Source of the DNA: Polyangiales bacterium
Lineage (GTDB): Bacteria > Myxococcota_A > Polyangia > Polyangiales > JADJQN01
Direction of reading: 5' to 3'
Assembly (NCBI GenBank): GCA_964202905.1
Contig: CAXNJO010000002.1
Coordinates: forward strand, 160,001-224,000
DNA length: 64,000 bases
Shown here: one piece after another, positions 10,602 through 20,302 of the stretch
How positions within the stretch are numbered: the stretch's first letter is position 1
How the letters are laid out: every line of letters starts with the position of its first letter
The notes under the pieces: model-generated
What the model saw: only the letters and a program-made list of their open reading frames with translations
Database searches by the model: none
Told to the model about the DNA's origin: nothing
Program-made: the position numbers and the translations under genes

Positions 10602-13019
10602 ATGCGTCTCGTGCTCCGACCGCTCCTGCTCGCCGGTCTCGGATGGCTCGCTGCGCTCGCGGCGTGCGACGGCTGCAGCGGCTCGGGCACACCGCCCCCC
10701 ATCGCGGGGAGTTGTGTGACCACGGCCGACTGCGCGTCCGACGAGAGCTGCCTCGACGGTCGCTGCCGCCCCGCCGTGCGCGTCGACGGAGGCGCCGACG
10801 ACGGCCCCGGCGCCGACGCGTCGGCGTGCCCGGCCGCGCGCGCGTGCGGCGCGACCTGCTGCGACGAAGGGCTCGTGTGCGGCGCCGGTGCGTGCTGCGC
10901 GCCCGACACGCTGTGCGGCGGCGCGTGCTGCGGCGCGGACCAGCGCTGCGAGGCCGATCGCTGCGTGCTCGATTGCGGCGACACGCGCGCGGTCTGCGGC
11001 GTCGGCGCCGACGCGCTCTGCTGCGCGACCGGTGACCTCTGCTACCTCGGCGCGTGCACGACGCCCGGGCCCGCGTGCACCTCGACGCGGGACTGCCCCG
11101 ACGGCTCGTACTGCGAGTCGACCGCGCTGCGCTGCCTGCCCCGCGCGACGGGCACCACGTGCGAGTACCGACCGCCCGTCGGCCCGCTCGAGCTGCGCGA
11201 GGAGTGGCACTGGGCGGGCGACGCGGAGGCCTACCCCGCGCACGCGCAAGTGATGATGGCGCCGATGGTCGCGAACCTCGACGACGACGACGGCGACGGG
11301 CGCGTCGATCAGAACGACATCCCCGACGTCGTGTTCCACTCGTTCACCGGGGCCGACTACTGGGGCAACGGCATCCTGCGCGCGGTGCGCGGCTCGGACG
11401 GCGCACGGCTCTGGCCCCCGGCCGGGATGGACCCGGGCTACCGCACGACGCCCGGCGGTGAGGTCGCGATCGGCGAGCTCGACGCGGCCTCGCCCGGCCC
11501 GGAGGTCGTCGCATGCAGCGCGAGCACGCGGCCCTCGACGGCGGGACACGTCCTTCTGCTGCGCGCCGACGGCACGCTGTTGCGCAGCCTCACCGGCGTG
11601 CCCTGCGGCTTCGACGCGCCGGCGATCGGCGACATGGACAACGACGGCGTGCCCGAGATCGTGGTTCGTTTCATCGTCTTCCACGTGGACGGGACGATCG
11701 TGGCGACGCTCTCGCCGAGCGCCGCGAGCCAGCCGACGGGCGCCTACGTCACGCTCGTGGACGTCGACGGGGACGGCACGCTCGAGCTCGCGTCGTCGGC
11801 GGTCGTGTTTCGACTCGATGGGACCACGGTGTGGGACCGTCGCAGCGCGGGCGCCCTCGGCCCCGCCCTGCCCGAAGGCGGGCAGCTCGCGATCGGCGAC
11901 CTCGACCTCGACGGTGCGCCCGAGCTGATCACCATCACAGGAGGTGATCACGCGATCCGCGCGCTCCGCGCAACGACTGGCGAGACGGTGTGGGGCCCCA
12001 TGGACATCAACCCGCTCGACGACGCCGGCGTCGCGGCGGACGTGGCCGTGGACGCCTCGGCGGGCCGCGGCGGCGGGCCGCCCACGATCGCGAACTTCGA
12101 CGCGGATCCGCAGCCGGAGATCGCGTTCGCGGGGGGATTCGCCTACGTCATCTTCAACCACGACGGCACGCGGCTCTGGTACGACGTGACGACGGATCGG
12201 TCGTCGCGCGTGACGGGTTCGAGCGTGTTCGACTTCGAGGGCGACGGCGTCGCCGAGGTCGCCTACAACGACGAGCGGCAGTTCCGCATCTACCGCGGCC
12301 CCGACGGCAGCGAGCTCTTCTCGCGCTGCAACACGAGCGGCACGCTGCGCGAGTACCCGATCATCGTCGACGTCGACAACGACGACCACGCCGAGGTCGT
12401 GCTGATGGCGAACAACTACGCCTTCGGCTGCCTCGACGGGACGGCGAGCGGCACCGGCATCTACGTGTTCGGGCACCCACGCAACCAGTGGGTGCGCACG
12501 CGCCGCATCTGGAACCAGCACAGCTACCACGTCACCAACGTGAACGAGGACGGCACGATCCCGCGCACCGAGACCCGCAACTGGACGGCGCCGGGGCTCA
12601 ACAATTTCCGCCAGAACGTGCAGCCGGACGGGCTCTTCGACGCGCCCGACCTGGTGCTCCTCGACCTCGCGGCCGCGACGCGCCCCTGCCCGACGGGCCT
12701 CGCGCTCTCGGTGCGCGTCGTGAACCGCGGCGCCGCAGGCGCGCCCGCCGGGCTCCCCGTGACCTTCTACGACGTGACGAGCGGCACGCGCGTACGCCTC
12801 GGGCGCGCGGTGACGACGCGCGCGCTGCTGCCCGGCGAGGGCGAGGTGCTCACGCTGACCCCGGACTACGCGGTGCCGGCGGGCATGGAGACGTCGACCT
12901 TCCGATTCGACGCGGTCCTCAACGACCCGGCCGACATGCCGCGCGACGACGTCAACCAATGCGACGCGACGAACGACGCGGCCGACGCGATCGAGGCGCG
13001 CTGTCCGTCCCTCGGCTGA
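10602..13019 (+). CDS. Cys-rich lipoprotein with FG-GAP/VCBS beta-propeller and C-terminal CARDB-like domain
   Basis: Lipobox LAAC; repeated Ca-binding loops (DMDNDGVPEI, DVDGDGTLEL, DLDLDGAPEL, DFEGDGVAEV); WNQHSYHVTN; PDLV...VVNRG. Confidence 0.88.
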   Translation: MRLVLRPLLLAGLGWLAALAACDGCSGSGTPPPIAGSCVTTADCASDESCLDGRCRPAVRVDGGADDGPGADASACPAARACGATCCDEGLVCGAGACCAPDTLCGGACCGADQRCEADRCVLDCGDTRAVCGVGADALCCATGDLCYLGACTTPGPACTSTRDCPDGSYCESTALRCLPRATGTTCEYRPPVGPLELREEWHWAGDAEAYPAHAQVMMAPMVANLDDDDGDGRVDQNDIPDVVFHSFTGADYWGNGILRAVRGSDGARLWPPAGMDPGYRTTPGGEVAIGELDAASPGPEVVACSASTRPSTAGHVLLLRADGTLLRSLTGVPCGFDAPAIGDMDNDGVPEIVVRFIVFHVDGTIVATLSPSAASQPTGAYVTLVDVDGDGTLELASSAVVFRLDGTTVWDRRSAGALGPALPEGGQLAIGDLDLDGAPELITITGGDHAIRALRATTGETVWGPMDINPLDDAGVAADVAVDASAGRGGGPPTIANFDADPQPEIAFAGGFAYVIFNHDGTRLWYDVTTDRSSRVTGSSVFDFEGDGVAEVAYNDERQFRIYRGPDGSELFSRCNTSGTLREYPIIVDVDNDDHAEVVLMANNYAFGCLDGTASGTGIYVFGHPRNQWVRTRRIWNQHSYHVTNVNEDGTIPRTETRNWTAPGLNNFRQNVQPDGLFDAPDLVLLDLAAATRPCPTGLALSVRVVNRGAAGAPAGLPVTFYDVTSGTRVRLGRAVTTRALLPGEGEVLTLTPDYAVPAGMETSTFRFDAVLNDPADMPRDDVNQCDATNDAADAIEARCPSLG

Positions 13020-13129
13020 GGCGGCGCGCCCGCCGCCTGGCACGTGCTGGCACGACACGTTTGTCACAGCGTCGGCGCACGGTCCGCGCATACCCTCGAA
13101 AACAAAGCGGATCCGGCAATGCGCCGCGC

Positions 13130-13145
13130 TGGCGCGCGCCTTGCT
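13130..13145 (+). promoter_or_regulatory. Sigma54 (-24/-12) promoter
   Basis: TGGCGCGCGCCTTGCT, an exact GG-N10-GC match, 50 nt upstream of ATG 13195. Confidence 0.65.
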
Positions 13146-13194
13146 GAGCCGTGTTCGCCGTTCGAGCCCGCTCCCACGCACCCCGGAGAGACCC

Positions 13195-15072
13195 ATGCGC
13201 AGGACCCGCCCCGCTGCCCACGCCACGCTCGGCCTCTCCGCGCTCGCCGCCCTCGCGACCGCCTGCGATCCCGCGCCGGCGCGCGCGCCGTTCGAGTTCC
13301 GCGAGGGGCCGCTCGTCGAGAGCAGCGCCCCCCCCGTCGCGATCAGCGGCGGCACGCTCCTCGTCACCGCCGACCGCGCGCTCGCCCTCGCCGCGGACCC
13401 GGAGCGCGACCTCGTCTCGCTCGTCGACCTCGCATCGCGCAGCGTCCGCGCCACCGTGACGCTGCCCCCGCGCAGCGAGCCGGGACGCATCGTCGAGGAC
13501 CCGTACGGCCGCGCGCACGTCGCGCTGCGGCGCGGGGGCGGCGTCGCGCACGTCGATCTCGCGACGGGGGCGCTGCTCGGCACGACCTCGGTGTGCCCCG
13601 CACCGCGCGGCCTCGCCTGGGATCGCGCGAACGACGCGCTGCACGTCGCGTGCGCGAGCGGCGAGCTCGTCACGCTGAGCGCATCCGGCGAGGAAATCGC
13701 CCGCTCGAAGGTGCCGGGCGGCGACCTGCGCGACGTGCTCGTGCGCACCGACGGTCTGCTCGTGACGCACTTCCGCAGCGCGGCCGTCACGAGCCTACGC
13801 TTCGACGGGAGCGTCGAGTCGGCGTCGACGCCGCCGGCCGACGTCGGCTGCGGCGGGTTCGGCGAGCCGGGCTTCGCCGAGGACGCGCCGCGCTCACCCT
13901 CGCCAGGCCTGCTCCCGCCGTCGATGGTGGCCGGCGCGGACTCCGCCATCGCGTGGCGCGCCGTGGCCCTGCCCACGGGCGACGTCGGAGGTGACGTGCT
14001 CATGCTGCACCAGCGCGCGCAGTCCGACGCGCCGATCAGCGTCGATGCGGGCGGTTACGGCGGCACCTCGCCGTGCAACCCGGTGCCCGGGATCGTGCGC
14101 ACGAGCCTCTCGCTCTTCGACCTGCACGGCCAGCCGCGCATGACGCGCGCCGCGATCCCCGAGGCCGTGCTCGCCGTCGACGTCGCCGTGTCGAGCGACG
14201 GCGCGCGCGTCGCGCTCGCGATGCCGGGCAACGCGTCGACACCGTTCGCGCAGGTCCGAGTGGGCGAGCTCGGCGACTTCCTCGCGGGGGAGTCCGCGTC
14301 CCGACGCATCTTCACCGCCGGTCAGGTGACGGCCGTCGCCTTCGCCGGTCGCGACCGGCTCCTCGTGCAGTCCCGCGAACCCGCGACGCTCACGGTCGTC
14401 ACGCTCGACGGCGCGGCAGCGCCCGTCTCGGTGCGCCTGTCGGACGAGAGCCGCGCGGACACCGGGCACTACCTGTTCCACGCGGGCGCCACGGCGATGG
14501 TCGCGTGCGCCTCGTGCCACGCCGAGGGCGGGGACGACGGGCGCACCTGGGACTTCGACGGCATCGGCCCGCGCCGCACGCAGACGATCGCGGGCGGACT
14601 CCTCGGCACCGAGCCCTTCCACTGGAACGGCGACATGGCCGACTTCCGCACGCTCGAGCACCAGGTCTTCGGGCGACGCATGGGCGCGGGCGAGATCTCG
14701 ACGGCCCACGCCGACGCGCTCGGCGGCTTCGTGGACGGGCTGCTCCCGGTCCCCGCGCCGACGGTCGACGACGCGGACGCCGTGCTGCGCGGGCAGGAGC
14801 TCTTCGAGAGCGACGCGGTCGGCTGCGCGAGCTGCCACAGCGGCCCGATGCTCACGAACAACGCCTCGGTCGACGTCGGCACGGACGGCGTCTTCCAGGT
14901 GCCCACGCTCGTCGGGCTCGCGCACCACGCGCCCTACCTGCACGACGGCTGCGCGCGCACGCTGCTCGACCGCTTCGACCCCGCGTGCGGCGGCGGCGAG
15001 CAGCACGGGCACACCGCGCACCTCGGCCGCGCCGAGCGCGAGGACCTCGTCGCTTACCTGCTCACGCTCTGA
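13195..15072 (+). CDS. Lipoprotein with YncE-like beta-propeller and di-heme cytochrome c (peroxidase/MauG-like) C-terminus
   Basis: Lipobox ATAC; two CASCH heme motifs; PFHWNG and VPTLVGL...APYLHDG; GGAG upstream. Confidence 0.88.
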   Translation: MRRTRPAAHATLGLSALAALATACDPAPARAPFEFREGPLVESSAPPVAISGGTLLVTADRALALAADPERDLVSLVDLASRSVRATVTLPPRSEPGRIVEDPYGRAHVALRRGGGVAHVDLATGALLGTTSVCPAPRGLAWDRANDALHVACASGELVTLSASGEEIARSKVPGGDLRDVLVRTDGLLVTHFRSAAVTSLRFDGSVESASTPPADVGCGGFGEPGFAEDAPRSPSPGLLPPSMVAGADSAIAWRAVALPTGDVGGDVLMLHQRAQSDAPISVDAGGYGGTSPCNPVPGIVRTSLSLFDLHGQPRMTRAAIPEAVLAVDVAVSSDGARVALAMPGNASTPFAQVRVGELGDFLAGESASRRIFTAGQVTAVAFAGRDRLLVQSREPATLTVVTLDGAAAPVSVRLSDESRADTGHYLFHAGATAMVACASCHAEGGDDGRTWDFDGIGPRRTQTIAGGLLGTEPFHWNGDMADFRTLEHQVFGRRMGAGEISTAHADALGGFVDGLLPVPAPTVDDADAVLRGQELFESDAVGCASCHSGPMLTNNASVDVGTDGVFQVPTLVGLAHHAPYLHDGCARTLLDRFDPACGGGEQHGHTAHLGRAEREDLVAYLLTL

Positions 15073-15075
15073 GCC

Positions 15076-15843
15076 TCAGGACGCGGCGTCATCCGCCCCG
15101 CGCGAGAGCACCTTCACGCGCTCGCGCGCCGCGCGCTCCGTCCACGGCGTCGCAGGCGCCTCGCCCTCGTGACTCGGGCAGATCTCGGCGAGCGGGCACT
15201 CCCCGCAGCGCGGCTTGCGCGCGAGGCACACGTAGCGGCCGTGCAGCACGAGCCGGTGCCCGGTGTCGATCCACGCCTCGCGCGGAAAGAGCGCGGTGAG
15301 GTCGGCCTCGACCTTCTCGGGGTCGTCGTGCTCGGTGAGCTCGAGACGCCGCGCGACGCGGCCCGCATGCGTGTCCACCGTGATGCCGCTCGGGATGCGG
15401 TAGGCCGTCCCGAGCACGACGTTCGCCGTCTTGCGCGCGACGCCGGGAAGCGCAGTGAGCGCCTCCACCGTGCGCGGGACCTCGCCGCCGTGGCGCTCGG
15501 CGATGAGCGCCGCCGCGCCGCGGATCGCCTTCGCCTTGTTGCGGAAGAAGCCCGTGGGCTTCACGACGACCTCGACTTCTTCTTGAGACGCAGTTGCAAG
15601 TGCCGCCGGCGTCGGCCAGCGGGCGAAGAGGCCCGGCGTGACCTTGTTGATCATCTTGTCGGTGCTCTGCGCGCTGAGGATCGTCGCGACGAGGAGCTGC
15701 CAGGGGCTCGCGAAGTCGAGCTCGCAGGGCGGCGCCTCGAGCGTCGCGGCGAGGCGCGCGTGGACCTCGTCGGCGCGGGCGCGCGTCGACTTCGCCGCGC
15801 GGCGCGGCTTGGGGCTGGGACGGGGGGAACGGGGCGCGCTCAT
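15076..15843 (-). CDS. nth: Endonuclease III
   Basis: LLVATILSAQSTD, HhH LPGVARKTANVVL, VDTH and the 4Fe-4S motif C-x6-C-x2-C-x5-C. Confidence 0.97.
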   Translation of the reverse strand: MSAPRSPRPSPKPRRAAKSTRARADEVHARLAATLEAPPCELDFASPWQLLVATILSAQSTDKMINKVTPGLFARWPTPAALATASQEEVEVVVKPTGFFRNKAKAIRGAAALIAERHGGEVPRTVEALTALPGVARKTANVVLGTAYRIPSGITVDTHAGRVARRLELTEHDDPEKVEADLTALFPREAWIDTGHRLVLHGRYVCLARKPRCGECPLAEICPSHEGEAPATPWTERAARERVKVLSRGADDAAS

Positions 15844-15974
15844 CGGGCCGCACGCTACACAGCTTCGCGCGCGCTTTCCAAGCGCCCCGCGGGAGGAAAC
15901 GCGCGGCGTGGCGCCGGTCGTGCGCGGGCGCGGCCGGTAGCCACGCGCGCGGAGAACGACTACGTTCGCGCGCC

Positions 15975-16970
15975 GTGAGCGCCCTCCTGTTCATCCCGTG
16001 GTTCCGCGCCGATGCGTGGCACATCCCCCTCCCCGGCGGTCACTCCCTGCCGATCCAGCCCTTCGGCCTGCTGGTCGCGACGGGCGTCATGCTCGGCTAC
16101 AAGCTCGGCGAGCGCCGCGCGAAGCAGGAGGGCCTCGACCCGCTCGTCTACGCCGACCTCGTCGCGCACATCCTCGTCGGCGGCTTCGTCGCCGGGCACG
16201 TGCTCGACGCCATCGCGTACCACCCGGCGCAGGTCGCGCAGGACTTCCGCGAGATCGCCGACGGCACCTTCTGGAAGGACGCCGAGGACGGCATCCGCTT
16301 CCCCTACACGCTCAAGCTCTGGGCGGGCCTCTCCTCTTACGGCGGCTTCACCGGGGCAGCGGTCGGCTCGCTGGTGTGGCGCTTCCGGCGCGGCGTGCCG
16401 CTCATCGCGGTGAACGACGTCGTCATCTGGGCGCTGCCGTTCGGCTGGCTCTTCGGGCGGCTGGGCTGCTTCGTGGTGCACGACCACCCGGGCATCGTCA
16501 CGGACTTCCCGCTCGCCGTCGCCGACTACCAGGTGGGCTACCCGCCCTACCAGCCGCGCCACGATCTCGGGCTCTACGAGGTGTTCTGGTGCCTCGCGAT
16601 GCTCCCGATCCTGTGGTGGCTGCAGCACAAGAAGCTCCCGCGCGGCTTCTTCCTCGGCCTCGTGCCGACGGCGTACGCGCCGGTCCGCTTCGGGCTCGAC
16701 TTCCTGCGCGCACGCCCCGAGGAGCTCGGCGATCACGCGGATCCCCGATATTTCGGCCTCACGCCGGGTCACTACGCGTCGCTGTCCTTCCTCGTGATCG
16801 GGCTCGCGTTCTTCTGGCGCATCTACCGCGGCGCGCCGATCGAGCTGCCCGAGGACGCGCGCTGGACGCCCGAGAAGGAGGCGGCGCGCGCCGCCGCCGA
16901 GGGCGCCGAGGGCCCGCGCCGCGACGCGGGCAGCGGCACCGACAAGGCGAAGAAGAAGCCGCGCCGCTGA
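15975..16970 (+). CDS. lgt: Prolipoprotein diacylglyceryl transferase family protein
   Basis: GLSSYGG, FGRLGCF, RHDLGLYE and YAPVRFGLDFLR; multiple TM helices. Confidence 0.88.
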   Translation: MSALLFIPWFRADAWHIPLPGGHSLPIQPFGLLVATGVMLGYKLGERRAKQEGLDPLVYADLVAHILVGGFVAGHVLDAIAYHPAQVAQDFREIADGTFWKDAEDGIRFPYTLKLWAGLSSYGGFTGAAVGSLVWRFRRGVPLIAVNDVVIWALPFGWLFGRLGCFVVHDHPGIVTDFPLAVADYQVGYPPYQPRHDLGLYEVFWCLAMLPILWWLQHKKLPRGFFLGLVPTAYAPVRFGLDFLRARPEELGDHADPRYFGLTPGHYASLSFLVIGLAFFWRIYRGAPIELPEDARWTPEKEAARAAAEGAEGPRRDAGSGTDKAKKKPRR

Positions 16971-17105
16971 GCCGGGTGCGCGGCCTCGGGGAGGCGCCGG
17001 GAGCGCTGCTGCCCGGTGGCGCGCGCGCGGCGGTGGGCCCACGCGGGAGGCCCTGCGCCCGCGCACCGGGCGCGCCGTGTCGAGCGCCCGTACACTGCGA
17101 GACGG

Positions 17106-18416
17106 ATGTCGCTCGCGGCCGCGAGACCAGTGGCGATGGCGCGGGTGCGGCGGCTCCCGCCGGGCGCCCTCGGCGCGCTCGCGTCGCTCCTGTTGCACGC
17201 CGTCCTCGCGCTCTGCGTGTGGCGTCTGCCGCCCTCGCCGCTGCGGGGACCGCACCCGTTCGAGGTGCACGTCGCCGTGACCGGTTCGCCGGTTCGGGTC
17301 GCCTCGGACGGCGCGACGGGCGCACGCCCGAGCGACGCGGCGCCGCGCGTGCCGGGAGGGGGCCGCTCGCCACAGAACATCGACACCTTCGAGCGCGGCG
17401 CGGGCGGCGACGGCGTCGGCGCGGCGGCCGTGATGCTCTTCCCGCGGGCCGACGCGCTCACACGGCAGGCGAGCCCGCGAAACGCGCACGATTCGTTGCA
17501 GCTCCAACGAATCCGCACGGCCGAGGACCAGGCGACACGCGGTGATCGGCGCGCGACGCCGCACCCCGGCGACGTGCCCTTCCTCGCGTCGGGACCGGGC
17601 ACGCACCCCGAGCGACGCCCGATCGCGCAGCGCGATCCGCGCGACGGCGCGCGCAACGCCCCGGCCCCGACGGTCGCAGGCGACGCGGTGAGCCGCGCGC
17701 GTGCGGGCACCGGCGAAGCGCCTGCGCCTACGGCCGACGCGGCGACACAGGCCGGGGCGCACGCACCGTCGCCGGGACGGGGCATCGCCGCGGGCGTCGG
17801 CGCGCACGCCGCCGAGGCCGCGCGCGTCGCCTCCGGTCGGCCGCCGATCCCGCAGGGCGCCGCCTCGACGAGCAGCGACTGGCGCGACGCGCGCGTGCGC
17901 GACCAGCACGACGCGGAGCTGCTCGCGGCGCGGCTCGTGCAATCGCTCGCCGACACGAGCGCGCACGGCGGCCGCACGGTCGGCGCAGGCAGCGGCGGCG
18001 CGGGCGGGGGCGGCGCCGCGGGCAGCGGCGGAGGACGCGACGAGGGCGGCCGCGCGCGCGCAGACGGTCCCGGCGCGGGCGCGTTCGACTCCCTCGACAC
18101 CCGCGACGCGCGCTACGAGCGCTGGCTCCTCGCGCAGGTGCAGCGGGTGGAGCGCGGGCTAGTCTTCCCGGGCGCGCGGCGCCTCGCGCTCGATCAGGGC
18201 ACGAGCGTCTACCGGCTCGAGATCCGCCCGGACGGCACACCGACGGGGACCCCGCGCCTCCTGCGCTCGAGCGGCTTCCCCGATCTCGACGAGGCCGCGC
18301 GCCGCGCGATCGACGCCGCCCTGCCGCTCGAACCGCTGCCGGAGGCGCTGCGCGACGGGCGCGGCACGCTGCGGCTCACGCTGCCCGTGCGATTCGCGAA
18401 CCCGAGCGTGCGCTGA
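17106..18416 (+). CDS. TonB-family energy transducer-like protein (TM anchor, low-complexity linker, TonB C domain)
   Basis: ASLLLH TM motif; C-terminal FP..A....QG......I..DG......SSGFPDLDEAARRAI. Start uncertain (17106 or 17136). Confidence 0.78.
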   Translation: MSLAAARPVAMARVRRLPPGALGALASLLLHAVLALCVWRLPPSPLRGPHPFEVHVAVTGSPVRVASDGATGARPSDAAPRVPGGGRSPQNIDTFERGAGGDGVGAAAVMLFPRADALTRQASPRNAHDSLQLQRIRTAEDQATRGDRRATPHPGDVPFLASGPGTHPERRPIAQRDPRDGARNAPAPTVAGDAVSRARAGTGEAPAPTADAATQAGAHAPSPGRGIAAGVGAHAAEAARVASGRPPIPQGAASTSSDWRDARVRDQHDAELLAARLVQSLADTSAHGGRTVGAGSGGAGGGGAAGSGGGRDEGGRARADGPGAGAFDSLDTRDARYERWLLAQVQRVERGLVFPGARRLALDQGTSVYRLEIRPDGTPTGTPRLLRSSGFPDLDEAARRAIDAALPLEPLPEALRDGRGTLRLTLPVRFANPSVR

Positions 18417-18431
18417 AGGGGCGCGCGGCGA

Positions 18432-18995
18432 TCAGCGCTTCACGGGGAACTTCGCGAGCTTGCGCTGGAGCGAGCGGCGGTGGACGCCGAGCAGGCGCGC
18501 GGCCTGCGAGACGTTGCCGTCGCAGTCGGCGAGCACGCGCTGGATGTGCTCCCACTCGACGCGCGCGAGCGACGGCACACCGGGCGTCGACGCGGGCGCC
18601 TGCGCGACGGCGCCGCGGCCCTCGAGCGCCGCGAGGATGCGCTCGAGCTCCGCGGGCTTGGTCAGGTAGTCGCGCGCGCCCGCGCGCAGCGCCTCGATCG
18701 CGGTCGCGATGCTGCCGTAGCCCGTGAGCACGACGAGCACCGTCGTCGGGTCGATCGCGAGCAGTCCGCGCACGATCGCGAGCCCGTCCATCACCCCGCC
18801 GAGGCGCAGATCGACGACCGCCCACTCCGGGCTCTCCTGCCGCGCGAGCGCGAGCGCCTCCTCGCCGTCGCGCGCCCCACGCGCCTCGTGGCCGCGCCGC
18901 GCGAACGCGGCGACGAGCCGCTCGCGGAACACCGCGTCGTCGTCGACGACGAGGACCGCGCGGGCCTCCTCGGCACCGACCGCCTGCGCGCTCAT
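18432..18995 (-). CDS. regA: RegA/PrrA-family response regulator (receiver plus Fis-type HTH)
   Basis: VLVVDDD, VVDLRL, LTGYGSIATA, YLTKP and SLARVEWEHIQRVL..CDGNVSQAARLLGVHRRSLQRKL. Confidence 0.9.
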   Translation of the reverse strand: MSAQAVGAEEARAVLVVDDDAVFRERLVAAFARRGHEARGARDGEEALALARQESPEWAVVDLRLGGVMDGLAIVRGLLAIDPTTVLVVLTGYGSIATAIEALRAGARDYLTKPAELERILAALEGRGAVAQAPASTPGVPSLARVEWEHIQRVLADCDGNVSQAARLLGVHRRSLQRKLAKFPVKR

Positions 18996-20302
18996 GGCGC
19001 CCCCTCGCGGCCGCGCGCGGGCACCGTGAGCACGACCGTCGTGCCGCGCCCGAGGAGCGACTCGAGCTCGAGCCGCCCGCCGAGTTGCTCGGCGACCGAG
19101 CGCGCGAGGAAGAGGCCGAGCCCGAGCCCGCGCCCCGGCCCCTTCGTCGTGAAGAACGGCTCGCCCGCCTGCGCGAGCACCGCCGGGTCCATCCCGCCGC
19201 CGTGATCGGCCACCGCGAGCCGCAGGGCGCCGCGCGCCTCCTCGGCCACGAGCTCGACGGGCGATGCCGACGCGGGCTGCGCCTCGAGCGCGTTGCGGAC
19301 GAGGCTGCCGAGCGCCTGCGCGAGCGCGATGCGCGGCAGCGAGACCGGCCCGTGGGTCGCGTCCCGCAGCGTGAGGCGCGCGCGATCGGCGGACGGCAGC
19401 CGCGCGGCCACGTCCTCGAGCAACTCGGCGACGCGCATCGCCGAGGGGACCTCGCCGATCGGCTCGCCAGCGCGGTAGCTCAGTTGATCGAGGATCGCGC
19501 GGCAACGCGCGACCTCGTCCCGGAGCAGCGCGGCATCCGCCGCGAGCGGCGTCCCCGGCGCGGCCTCCCCTGCGAGCTCCCCGGCGACGAGCGCGATCGT
19601 GCCGAGCGGCGTCGCGAGCTCGTGCGCCGCCCCGGCCGCGAGCGTCGCGACCGCGGCGAGCCGCTCGCTCCGTGCCGCGCGATCGCGGGCCCCGGCGAGC
19701 TCCGCGTCGCGCGCGGCGAGCGCGTCCGACGCGCGCCCGACGAAGTGCGCGACGAGGCCCGCCGAGAGCGCGAACGCGACCCACATCCCGAGCAGGTGCA
19801 CGCTGACGGTGCCGTCGCCGAGGCGCACCAGCATCGGCACGGGGACGTGATCGACGAAGAGGAGCCCGTAGCCGAGGGTGGCGAGCGCCGCGAGCCCGTA
19901 CGCCGTCGGGGCGCCGAGCACGACCGCAGCGAGCGTGACGTGCACGAGGTGCAGCACGCTGAACGGGTTCGCGGGACCGCCTGACAGATACAAGAACAGA
20001 TTGGTTGCAACAACGTCGAAGGCGAGCACGCCGGCGATGGCCCTGCGCCCGGGTGAACCGCCGCGCGCGACGTGCGCCGAGAGGAGCACCCCCACCGTGA
20101 GCGACACCGCGAGCAGCCCGAGCAGCGCGCCGACCGGGACCGCCATGCCCATCCACCCCGCGGCGACGGCGACCGCGGCGGCCTCCACGAGCAACGCACC
20201 CCAGCGCAGGCGCAGCAGCCAGGGCACGCGCGGGTCGTGGGGTCGCTCGCTCGACGCGGTGCCGGTCACGGTGCCCCGAGTATGCACGAACGGCGCGGCC
20301 AT
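18992..20302 (-). CDS. regB: RegB/PrrB-family sensor histidine kinase
   Basis: LRLRW, SGGPANPF quinone-site-like motif, AAHELATPL, EPFFTTK and GLGLGLFL; ATGA overlap with regA. Confidence 0.88.
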   Translation of the reverse strand: MAAPFVHTRGTVTGTASSERPHDPRVPWLLRLRWGALLVEAAAVAVAAGWMGMAVPVGALLGLLAVSLTVGVLLSAHVARGGSPGRRAIAGVLAFDVVATNLFLYLSGGPANPFSVLHLVHVTLAAVVLGAPTAYGLAALATLGYGLLFVDHVPVPMLVRLGDGTVSVHLLGMWVAFALSAGLVAHFVGRASDALAARDAELAGARDRAARSERLAAVATLAAGAAHELATPLGTIALVAGELAGEAAPGTPLAADAALLRDEVARCRAILDQLSYRAGEPIGEVPSAMRVAELLEDVAARLPSADRARLTLRDATHGPVSLPRIALAQALGSLVRNALEAQPASASPVELVAEEARGALRLAVADHGGGMDPAVLAQAGEPFFTTKGPGRGLGLGLFLARSVAEQLGGRLELESLLGRGTTVVLTVPARGREGAP

